Positions 56,264 through 64,000 of a stretch of DNA of 64,000 nucleotides are shown here, one piece after another. The notes beneath the pieces were generated by a model, which worked only from the letters and a program-made list of their open reading frames with translations, did not search any database and was not told the DNA's origin. A program made the translations under genes and the position numbers. Every line of letters begins with the position of its first letter. The stretch's first letter is position 1. The DNA comes from an uncultured Anaerolineales bacterium (GTDB taxonomy: Bacteria; Chloroflexota; Anaerolineae; Anaerolineales; E44-bin32): contig CBDAFF010000039.1 of assembly GCA_965195195.1 (NCBI GenBank), positions 137,188-201,187 of the forward strand, in the 5' to 3' direction.

Positions 56264-57915
56264 TGATGAATAATTCGAACGGTAACCACAGAAACCCATT
56301 TGACAATGGAATAAGGATGATTGTGATCTTAGTCATTGGACTTGAGGTGATCTTTATAATCGCGAAAATGTGCGGGTTTGAGATGGCAATTTTCCCGATT
56401 TTGGGCTTGCTGATTATCGCAGTACCTGGTGGAGTATATTTGCTTGGTCAGTTGGCGACTAAGTTTGTTATAGCTGGCATCGTAAACTTTCGAAAACGTG
56501 ACTCAACTGGAATTGTGCTCGGTGAAACCAGTGGTTGGCCATCGGTTTCAATCTTCCTTGAGGAGGACGAAAGGGAAGGTCATATGGCTATTCTTGGTCG
56601 AACCGGAAGCGGGAAATCTACTCAGATGAAGGCTATGATAGATCAGGATATCTTGAACTCCCAACCCCTTATCCTTATCGACCCCCACACATCGGTCGCA
56701 CATCATACCGTAGATAGATGCGTTACTCATAACCGCATCCCTATATTGCTTGAGCCTGATACAGAGTTCATGAATACCTTGAATCTCTTAGAAACGGGTC
56801 CAGGCTACGGCCCCAGTGATGCCGCGAAAACGGTTATGGAGGGTATTGTTCAGGCATATCTGGCGTACGAGCATGAGATACCCACAAAGATTAAGCATCT
56901 ACTTGAGACAGCAGTTTACCTGCTATCCGCAGTTGATGATGGATATACGCTTCTTGAGCTTCGGCGGTGGATGATTCAGCCTCAATTCAGAAATGATGTG
57001 GCGGTAAGGGTAGCAGAGAAATCGGAGTCAAGTCGCTGGCTCGAAGCGAGCCATGCTCTTGGAAATTTAGAGTGGTACAACAGTCTTACCGCCTTCCAAA
57101 AGCATGATCAAATGCAATCTTCATGGACAAGGGTTGCTGCCTTCCTGGATCATCCAGATATTCGCAAGATGCTAGGTTGTTCCAAGAGTTCTTTCGATTT
57201 TGAACAGGTAAGAAATGGAAGACCGCTTGTTGTGAGCATCAGTGATCGAACAGTTCATCGCGATTCAAAAGTAGTTAATGCCGTAATCTTAACTTGGATA
57301 ACACAGAAATTGCTAGAAGGTTCGATGGATATCTGGAGTGCTCGTCCAATTAGTCTCTTTGTGGATGAACTTGTTGAGATCTCACCTGAATCTTTTGAGC
57401 GCGTGCTGCTACATGGAAGAAAATGTGGGGTGCACCTTACGTGTATTGTGCAGGCACAGACGATGCTCGATCACAGGTTATTTCGAACAGTGATGGCAAA
57501 TATGTCCAACTTAGTCATCTTTGCCTCGAGTGGTCCAGGTGTTGAAGCCCTTAGTCGAGAGATTATCCGACCACTTGATGCCGAGAGTAAGGATGGTGCT
57601 GTGAATAGTTACATGGAGTTGAATAGACAAATCCATGCAATGGCGTCAAGAATCCGGGATTTAAGGAAGCATGAATTCCTCAATTGGAACGCACATCGTC
57701 CAGGCCCTCCATTACACTGCAAGACACCTGAAGTCCGCTGGAATCCTTTCGAGGTTGTTAAACTGAGTCGTACGCATGCACTGCGTCAAGTTGGGAGACC
57801 CGTTCGAGATATTGAAGAAGAGATACGAGAAAGAACAGAGGACCTGGACGCGCGATATGGCAGGTTACATTCTTTTGGTGGGCCTGAACGATCAGACTTT
57901 GTTGCGCCTTGGTAG
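56263..57915 (+). CDS. Type IV coupling protein-like ATPase (TraD/VirD4/TrwB-like, membrane anchored)
   Basis: Two N-terminal TM helices, Walker A GRTGSGKST followed by LILIDPH, and a Walker B-like SLFVDEL. The start ATG overlaps the upstream TAA (TAATG) and has an AAGGAG ribosome-binding site. Confidence 0.65.
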   Translation: MMNNSNGNHRNPFDNGIRMIVILVIGLEVIFIIAKMCGFEMAIFPILGLLIIAVPGGVYLLGQLATKFVIAGIVNFRKRDSTGIVLGETSGWPSVSIFLEEDEREGHMAILGRTGSGKSTQMKAMIDQDILNSQPLILIDPHTSVAHHTVDRCVTHNRIPILLEPDTEFMNTLNLLETGPGYGPSDAAKTVMEGIVQAYLAYEHEIPTKIKHLLETAVYLLSAVDDGYTLLELRRWMIQPQFRNDVAVRVAEKSESSRWLEASHALGNLEWYNSLTAFQKHDQMQSSWTRVAAFLDHPDIRKMLGCSKSSFDFEQVRNGRPLVVSISDRTVHRDSKVVNAVILTWITQKLLEGSMDIWSARPISLFVDELVEISPESFERVLLHGRKCGVHLTCIVQAQTMLDHRLFRTVMANMSNLVIFASSGPGVEALSREIIRPLDAESKDGAVNSYMELNRQIHAMASRIRDLRKHEFLNWNAHRPGPPLHCKTPEVRWNPFEVVKLSRTHALRQVGRPVRDIEEEIRERTEDLDARYGRLHSFGGPERSDFVAPW

Positions 57916-58126
57916 GGAAAAGGGCAGTCAGGATCTCTTTAAATGGTATAGGGAGTCTCAAGCAGCTAATTCCCGTTGGTAATGTGACTTGAAGATCAAT
58001 TGTTAAGGTGATAATTACCAGTCCGTATTCTTATGATTTTTCAGAATTGTCAAAACTCAAGTCCTCAAAAGGATTCGATAAAATTGGTTAAAGTGTCAAT
58101 GAGGAATGATGTGATTCCAGGGAATG

Positions 58127-58741
58127 CTAAGCGGATATTTTCTCGGCGAGGATGAACGTCCAAAGTACGGGGGTTTCAACTTTTACGATCCGAAAGTATT
58201 CGCTGATAAGTGTCTTGAAACTCCGCACTGACCAGTGGTTGATATGTTCAGGAGTATTCCCAAGATCGCGGATGTATTTTAATCTAGCTAGGTTGCCAAT
58301 CCGCCACCATGGTTCGTTAGGGACACTCGCAAGTATGTATTTGCTTGTAACCCGAAAAGCCTCTCGGAGTACGATGTCTGGCTCGCCCACATGTTCCAGA
58401 ACTTCAAGGAACATGACAAAATCAAAGGAATTATCCTCATATGGAAGTTCTTGTGCGTTTCCAATGGCGAAGGGGATATCCCCGGACTGGCTCTTGGCAA
58501 GGCAAATCCGGGCGGGGTCTAAGTCGATGCCAGTTGATGGCACCGGATGATAGGCGCGGAGCTGTTCGAGAACCACTCCCTCGCCGCAGCCAATGTCCAA
58601 GATCTTATTTGGTGAGATTGAGCTTACGAACATTTCTATGGTTTGGAAGAAGCGGGAATTTGCATATTGAACGATAAAACTGGAGTCGTGGTATTTAGCC
58701 TGGTATGCCGCCAGGTTTTCACTTGACTCGCGCTCTTGCAT
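58127..58741 (-). CDS. Class I SAM-dependent methyltransferase
   Basis: Motif I ILDIGCGEGVV, and FDFVMFLEVLEHV. Confidence 0.8.
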   Translation of the reverse strand: MQERESSENLAAYQAKYHDSSFIVQYANSRFFQTIEMFVSSISPNKILDIGCGEGVVLEQLRAYHPVPSTGIDLDPARICLAKSQSGDIPFAIGNAQELPYEDNSFDFVMFLEVLEHVGEPDIVLREAFRVTSKYILASVPNEPWWRIGNLARLKYIRDLGNTPEHINHWSVRSFKTLISEYFRIVKVETPVLWTFILAEKISA

Positions 58742-58956
58742 GGTATTGTTATCCGTTTTTTTAATTGGATTATTGCTATCGGCAAATCATATCCTACTTT
58801 GAGCATTTATAAAACCTGAGCCAACCGTTATACCCCTAGATGGCTCGCAGGATCACGGCGAGAATGTACTCATATTTAGTACTCGTCGGTTTCCGCAGAA
58901 TTGTCGATAAGTGTGAAAACTCCCCAATAATGACATCTTCTAAAAAGTATCTGAAA

Positions 58957-60534
58957 TTATGGTTTTTGAGCCTCAACGGTGATGTATTTATAAGGGTTAT
59001 CGTAGGAGGTTGAGAATAAAGCGACATCCTCTATCAACTCGATATCCTCATCAAAGTAGTTTCTGAGGATCAGGCGGAAGGTATTTACCGGGGAGATGGA
59101 ATCATAAAGCAGTCGTTCCCCACCGTCTGGTAAGTGATAGGCATTAAGGATCGACATCCTGTGACCATGTGTTGATCCTGAAATCCCGTGATCTGCCTGG
59201 ATAATAATGATAGGATTGCCGGGAAACTCTTGGATTTCTTCAATGACTTCAATGATCCGATTGTTCACAAATTGAATTGAACGGATAAAGCCAATCGCAT
59301 ATTCATCGTTCGGTTGATCGCTAGGAATGCTTGATCCAGTTCCTAATGTGTCCGTACTGATGAATTCACCTGTAGGGCTAAACACATACGGGGGGTGTGG
59401 ACAAATGATGTGTGCAAAAACAAAAACAGGATTTTCGTGTTCGGCCACTTGAGTGAGGGATTCAAAGGCGTACGTTACGCGATCATACGAGCCTCGGTCA
59501 GGACCATAAATATTGGGTATTAAATTGCCTCGAGTAAAAGGGGTTAGATCCTCCAGGATTACGAGTGCGGATTTGCGTATCAGAAGTGATTCGAAACCAG
59601 TTAAGCTTCCCTTTACGTTTAAGGATTCAGTAAACCCGCTGCGGGGTCCTAAATAGAAATCAGCATTATCCCATTGACTCCAGGCGTATCCTGTCTCATA
59701 TGCGATGATCACATAACCCACCTGTTCGAAATAGTCCCGAGCAGCATTATCTTTGATCAATTTCCAGAGAGGTGCGCGATTGTTCTCAAATGTCTCTTCA
59801 GATACCCCCAATTCAGACAAATACTGAAAATTCAGGGAAGATGCTAGAGATAATTCTGTTTGTGAGTAATTGCTGAAGCTTCGATCAGCAATATAGAAGC
59901 CTAACTGGGTGAGGTGATTATTGAATTCGGAGTTATCGAATCCATACTTCTCTTCCAGGACATCATGCCTTGGATATTGATCAAGAATGATGTAGTAAAT
60001 ATCGGGAAGGATGTCGTTCTTGTTAGGCATATTTCCTGTTGATGTATCGCTGGAGGTGGGTAGTTGTGAAATCTCAATTCGGTTTACAAACCCACGGACT
60101 ATTAAACTTAATAAAGGTATTAGAAGGAGAGCGGCAGCCCCCACATTCATGCTCGAGGTCGCTCGAGAGAGATTGGGGGGTTTTTTAAAACTTATATACA
60201 CCCCCAGCCCTAGAAGCCCCAGCCACAGTATGATAAGGTATCTGTGCCGTCCAACGAGGATCCCGAATAAGCGAGAACCTTCCGTGAGCGAATAGATATG
60301 ACCGTATGAAAAAAAGAGGATCAGGAAAATACTGGCTAATATTCCAGCACGCTCCCATGAAGACGTCAGGAATGATAGGACAATAAGAAGGATGGATGTG
60401 AAAATGAGTACTGATATGATCGGTCTGATAGCTACGGTCCAAGTCACTTGTCCGATATTCGTATCCAGAAGATTAAGAATAGGATATATAGCTATCAGGA
60501 ATGGGTGATAGTTTTTTTGTAATTGTTTAAACAT
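58957..60534 (-). CDS. Membrane-anchored sulfatase/LtaS-like alkaline-phosphatase-superfamily transferase
   Basis: About five N-terminal TM helices followed by an extracytoplasmic domain. That domain has IYYIILDQYPRHD and the metal-site block IIIIQADHG. Confidence 0.7.
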   Translation of the reverse strand: MFKQLQKNYHPFLIAIYPILNLLDTNIGQVTWTVAIRPIISVLIFTSILLIVLSFLTSSWERAGILASIFLILFFSYGHIYSLTEGSRLFGILVGRHRYLIILWLGLLGLGVYISFKKPPNLSRATSSMNVGAAALLLIPLLSLIVRGFVNRIEISQLPTSSDTSTGNMPNKNDILPDIYYIILDQYPRHDVLEEKYGFDNSEFNNHLTQLGFYIADRSFSNYSQTELSLASSLNFQYLSELGVSEETFENNRAPLWKLIKDNAARDYFEQVGYVIIAYETGYAWSQWDNADFYLGPRSGFTESLNVKGSLTGFESLLIRKSALVILEDLTPFTRGNLIPNIYGPDRGSYDRVTYAFESLTQVAEHENPVFVFAHIICPHPPYVFSPTGEFISTDTLGTGSSIPSDQPNDEYAIGFIRSIQFVNNRIIEVIEEIQEFPGNPIIIIQADHGISGSTHGHRMSILNAYHLPDGGERLLYDSISPVNTFRLILRNYFDEDIELIEDVALFSTSYDNPYKYITVEAQKP

Positions 60535-61921
60535 GTGATCGTCGCTTCATGAAGTAAATGATGCGATCAGAATCGGCGATCACTTCTTTATGAACTATCT
60601 TGTAATACACAGAAAATGTGCTTTCAAAATTACTCTGAGTGTATTCACTGAAGATATCTTGCCGGGTTGCAAGCATACGTTGGACTTGAGTATCTTCTTT
60701 CGGGACGAATTCAATCAAGAGCCATTCGCCTAAATTCGAAAAATATTTGGATATTAATTTAAATGGCAGATTGTTTCCAATCGCAAGGTGATGAATTAGT
60801 GCGAGGGCGAAGATCGCATCAACTGGACCACGCTCTGAGAGCGACATCCGTTCTTCCGATGCCCATCCTATGCTGCTGCTTGGATTCGTTAGATCCAGTA
60901 GAAGGGGAAGAAGGTGGACCTCCTCATCCTTCTTGGTTTGAAGATAATTAAGTTCAACTGCGCCGGGATCAATATCAAACGCATTTGTGGGGATCCCGCG
61001 ATGGCTTCCCAGCCGGCTGAAAAAACCAGTATTCGCACCGAGATCCCAGATCGTGTTTGGTTGTACACGCTCCAGGAAAGATTCCACGACCTCGGCTTTA
61101 TGCCCGAGCGCCTCGGGTAGGTATTTATGTGAAGTATCGTAATAATCAACCCATTCGGTACCAACTGGAGTCCAATGTAGTTTTTCTACACCGCGGCTCA
61201 AGTTTTCGATGAGAGCAAGAACTCTGGTGCTGGTCATGGATAGACTTGTTGAAGCCTTGCGCACATCCCGTCCGGCAAAATGACGTTGGCTCTTAGCATG
61301 TAGATGAATATGTGCGAGAAGAGAGAAATTTAGCCATGTCCTCGTTGGAAGGAGCCGGCTCACGAGATCAAGCGGGATGCCGTCAATAAAAACTCTTAAG
61401 AGTTGACTCAAGCGAATATCCACATTAGCCATGAGTGCCAGGGGTGATAAGAAATGCTGGCAGAACTGCCTGTAGGCCACCCAGGGTTGGCCCTCTTGTT
61501 TCCTTTCGAAGGAGAGGGTGTCGATAAGGATGGGACGTCCTTCATGGAATTGAATGTTATACGCGCTCGCATCCTTCAGTGACATACCATGTTCTAAAGC
61601 GCAACCCTGAAGCTCAAGAGTGAGTAGAGCGGCGTCTTTGAGCTGACTGAAGGACCACTCATACGGGTAGGAAATGAATTCAAGATAAGTTGGTTGAATG
61701 ATCTTATAAGAAGATTCTGGATGATTTGGTTCTTGCGCCACTTCTTGATGTGGCACGATCATTTTTCGCTCAAGCAGCTTGTTATAAAGGCCGGATTGAA
61801 TAAATGTATCATAGTCATCTTGGTAACTCAGATTGACCTGACGGAGAAGAACACCGTTACGTGTGAAGAGGAAACCACTTGGATCTCTGAAGGAGGATCT
61901 TTGGGTTTTGCTATTCGTCAT
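60527..61921 (-). CDS. Two-domain SAM-dependent methyltransferase (NoeA-like)
   Basis: An N-terminal FRDPSGF motif, then a C-terminal class I methyltransferase core (IWDLGANTGFFS ... ALALIHHL). The start is moved to Met17 (MTNSKTQ). Confidence 0.65.
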   Translation of the reverse strand: MTNSKTQRSSFRDPSGFLFTRNGVLLRQVNLSYQDDYDTFIQSGLYNKLLERKMIVPHQEVAQEPNHPESSYKIIQPTYLEFISYPYEWSFSQLKDAALLTLELQGCALEHGMSLKDASAYNIQFHEGRPILIDTLSFERKQEGQPWVAYRQFCQHFLSPLALMANVDIRLSQLLRVFIDGIPLDLVSRLLPTRTWLNFSLLAHIHLHAKSQRHFAGRDVRKASTSLSMTSTRVLALIENLSRGVEKLHWTPVGTEWVDYYDTSHKYLPEALGHKAEVVESFLERVQPNTIWDLGANTGFFSRLGSHRGIPTNAFDIDPGAVELNYLQTKKDEEVHLLPLLLDLTNPSSSIGWASEERMSLSERGPVDAIFALALIHHLAIGNNLPFKLISKYFSNLGEWLLIEFVPKEDTQVQRMLATRQDIFSEYTQSNFESTFSVYYKIVHKEVIADSDRIIYFMKRRSHV

Positions 61922-62168
61922 CCTGCGTAATCCTTGTATCTTTCTTAAACAACCGACGGAAGAAATCAAGAATTTTTCCCCAATATGAGCGGATGACGAA
62001 GGCCCCGCCTAGTAGGGCGGCGATGAGTAATTGGATAAGAAAGCTGCCTGACCCGGGATCTAAATAATATTCTCCCCCTCTTAGATGGGAGGATGATCTT
62101 ACGATATTCGCTAAAGAAGATAATATATCAAGGTGCATTGCGCTGTCTCCTATTCTTTGAATGGCCAT
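61911..62168 (-). CDS. Small single-TM protein (YLDPGSGS motif)
   Basis: YLDPGSGSFLIQLLIAALLGGAFVIRSYWGKILDFFRRLF, that is, one TM helix plus a basic tail. It is the first gene of the minus-strand operon. Its start codon is uncertain. Confidence 0.4.
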   Translation of the reverse strand: MAIQRIGDSAMHLDILSSLANIVRSSSHLRGGEYYLDPGSGSFLIQLLIAALLGGAFVIRSYWGKILDFFRRLFKKDTRITQDDE

Positions 62169-62569
62169 ATTTTACCTGATAACCAAGCGTTCCATCGAAA
62201 ACATGAATGATGTAAGTGGAATAATAAGCAGTAAGAGGAGAATATGTTATCGACTTTGTTAAATGTTGCCGTCGGAGATTCTTTTCACCATGATCCATAT
62301 CCGAAGATTAATGTCCGAATAATTCTGTATAAATAAGCGGCGTGAGATATCCTAAAGGTTGAGAAAACCTATGCCTTGAAAGGGTATGAAAGAACACTCA
62401 TGCCATGAACAGAATACTGCCAGGTGAATGGATTCAGAAGTAAACTAGCCCGCATCTTGCTGCTGGCTAGTTACAGCGGAACAATCGTCACGGGGGGTAC
62501 CGCCCCCAAAACCCAGTTTGCCTATTCATCCCGCCAGCAAGCTGACGGGTATTCTGGGAATATTATTAA

Positions 62570-63070
62570 ATTGATGCACTTCTTGAAGGAGAAAGGGCGA
62601 ATGGAGAGGAATTGGTCTCGAAATTTATCATCATGAGAGTGCAGCATCTTGGGCAAGAAATGCTGGAACAGGAAGTAACCAATTATCTTGGGCGGAGCCA
62701 TTACATGAGTCGCGATGAAAGTCATATACACAACGGCTATCGCAATGGCTATAGACCGGTAAGAATGGATACATCAGAGGTATGCAACTTCAGGTTCCCC
62801 ACGTGAGATAAAGTGCTAAGTCTATTCGATCGAGACTGGTGGACTTTCTTCGGGTCAACAGCATCTTCCGCCTCTTCGCTCTACCTAAGCTTTATTCATA
62901 GACCAAGGATATCTTCTTCATGCGTGAGCAACGCATGGTCAACGGAAACCAGCGCATCTCCCTATTCAACCATCAGATACAAGTCCCCAATGTGCCACTC
63001 TATGAAGAAGTGGATGGCACGTGACCCCGATACAAAGAAACATGCCATGCAAATCCGACTTTGGTGAAAC
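62570..63070 (+). pseudogene. Decayed IS256 (mutator)-family transposase fragment
   Basis: One frame reads LEQEVTNYLGRSHYMSRDESHIHNGYRNGYRPVRMDT, the IS256 N-terminal block (LGRxxYER...RNGY), and then hits a stop. The continuation (LYLSFIHRPRISS, compare LYLKGxSTRDI) is in other frames with several stops. Confidence 0.6.
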
Positions 63071-63213
63071 CAGCAGATAGTCCACCAACTCTCACTGCAT
63101 CCGAATGGTTTCGAAGTTCACTTTTGAAACAAAGAAGTGTTCACTTTTCGGCCGTTCATAACAGGGCGAACAATTCGATGTTAGGGGCAGTTGAAAACAG
63201 GACTCTTTTCGCT

Positions 63214-64000
63214 TCATAAGTGGACTCGAAACCCTTCCAGTGGAAGGGCAAGTGAATGAACGATGGAGCCATTCCACCAGACACGGATATCCATGAAGCT
63301 CTTCTCCAAATTCGGGGCCATATGGATGTCCACGTACTCGCGTAATGGAGTGTGTGGCACTTGAATATCGTTTCCGAAGAGAGAAATTCTTCGATAGGCA
63401 TTGACCATTTTTTCCCGAAGTCAAAAGACATCGTCGGGTGAAGTATAGGGTTCAGGGATGGATAAGGGTCGGAAAAGATTGTTTCCATCAGCGACCGCCC
63501 TCTCAAATCGAATGCGGGGGATTTCTCTGGTTGTGGAATGCACCTGATAATTATTGCTCCGTCCTGAGATACCAGGATGGTATGCCGGGATAGGTATAGC
63601 GGTCGAGCTCTTCATGCAAGACTTCTCTTGCCTCTACAACCTCTCCGATATTTTCCAGAGCACAGGTTCGTACGATGCAATCCTGGAGCCAGCGGTAAGG
63701 TCTCTCAACCTTGCCTTTAGCCTAAGGAGAAAGAGCGAAGCTGACGTCTACGCCGAGAAGACGCATCATCCTGCGCCACTGGGTATCCACGTCATCGGTT
63801 TCAAGGATGTGCTTTCTCCAGAAGCTGTCCCTTCCCTGGACAAATCGGAACACGCGCAGGGAGTCCACGCAGTACCGCAAAGGTAAGCCATAGCTCTGAA
63901 TCAGAGTCTGGGCAGCCTGAATATGAGCCCAGGTCGTCTCTCTGGTGAAAAAGTCAGCAAAGAGGATCTTCCGACTGAAATCATCGATAGAAGTGACCCC
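63214..64000 (-). pseudogene. Decayed rve-type DDE transposase/integrase (IS481/ISNCY-like); continues beyond the window
   Basis: My own minus-strand translation from 64000 gives GVTSIDDFSRKILFADFFTRE...DTQWRRMMRLLGVDVSFALSP*AKGKVERPYRWLQD. An in-frame TAG sits where the conserved Q of SPQAKGKxER is expected. A frameshift follows before ...VHSTTREIPRIRFERAV... and the C-terminal piece ends at 63214. Confidence 0.65.

Noticed and set aside
1-64000. Search for CRISPR arrays, rRNA/tRNA genes, long tandem repeats, and known defence or toxin-antitoxin gene pairs.
   Set aside because: Reading both strands, I saw no regularly spaced direct repeats, no rRNA- or tRNA-like conserved blocks apart from the fragment noted above, and no nuclease/ATPase combinations typical of defence systems. 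The only ATPase of that general kind, at 56263, fits a T4CP better.

Overview
This 64-kb window looks like bacterial chromosome. Gene content and synteny suggest a Chloroflexota (Anaerolineae-like) organism, but that is inference only. No search tools were used: every family assignment rests on motifs I read in the translations, so all of them need HMM or BLAST confirmation.

Layout:
- 1-18.8 kb is housekeeping. It holds a secreted VIT+VWA protein (truncated by the window edge), prfA-prmC-tsaC, an esterase lipoprotein, and a phosphate-uptake locus (pstS-pstC-pstA-pstB on the minus strand, facing a divergent second pstB plus phoU). It also holds an FMN riboswitch in front of a three-gene NitT/TauT-type ABC importer (RibXY-like), a DUF4349 lipoprotein, a metallophosphoesterase, tsaE-tsaB-rimI and a family-4 uracil-DNA glycosylase.
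- 18.9-54.6 kb is one very large plus-strand cell-envelope glycan locus with about 30 genes. Its parts are a UDP-sugar dehydrogenase and epimerase, a Wzx-like flippase, GT4 and GT2 enzymes, gmd ... fcl, and two polyprenyl-phosphate-sugar-synthase-like GT2s. It also has a UPF0104 flippase-like protein, five large polytopic GT-C-like membrane proteins, an internal MarR-type regulator with a near-consensus promoter and palindromic operator, and Wzm/Wzt ABC export with an extended Wzt. The last block is a nonulosonic-acid-like set: PseB, an RmlD-like reductase, a NeuB-like synthase and a cytidylyltransferase.
- About 51.7-64 kb is visibly more AT-rich and looks acquired. It carries a GT-C/GT2 pair, a replication-relaxation gene plus a T4CP-like ATPase gene, a minus-strand methyltransferase/LtaS-like operon and two decayed transposase genes.

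I found no rRNA, tRNA or CRISPR array.

The most interesting items:
- the unusually GT-C-rich glycan locus, which has dual export routes
- a PseB-initiated NulO pathway that lacks the aminotransferase
- the Wzt/KpsC-like/methyltransferase capping module
- the complementary degenerate motifs in the two PstB ATPases
- the orphan Replic_Relax/T4CP pair

I did not find anything I can confidently call a new defence-type system.
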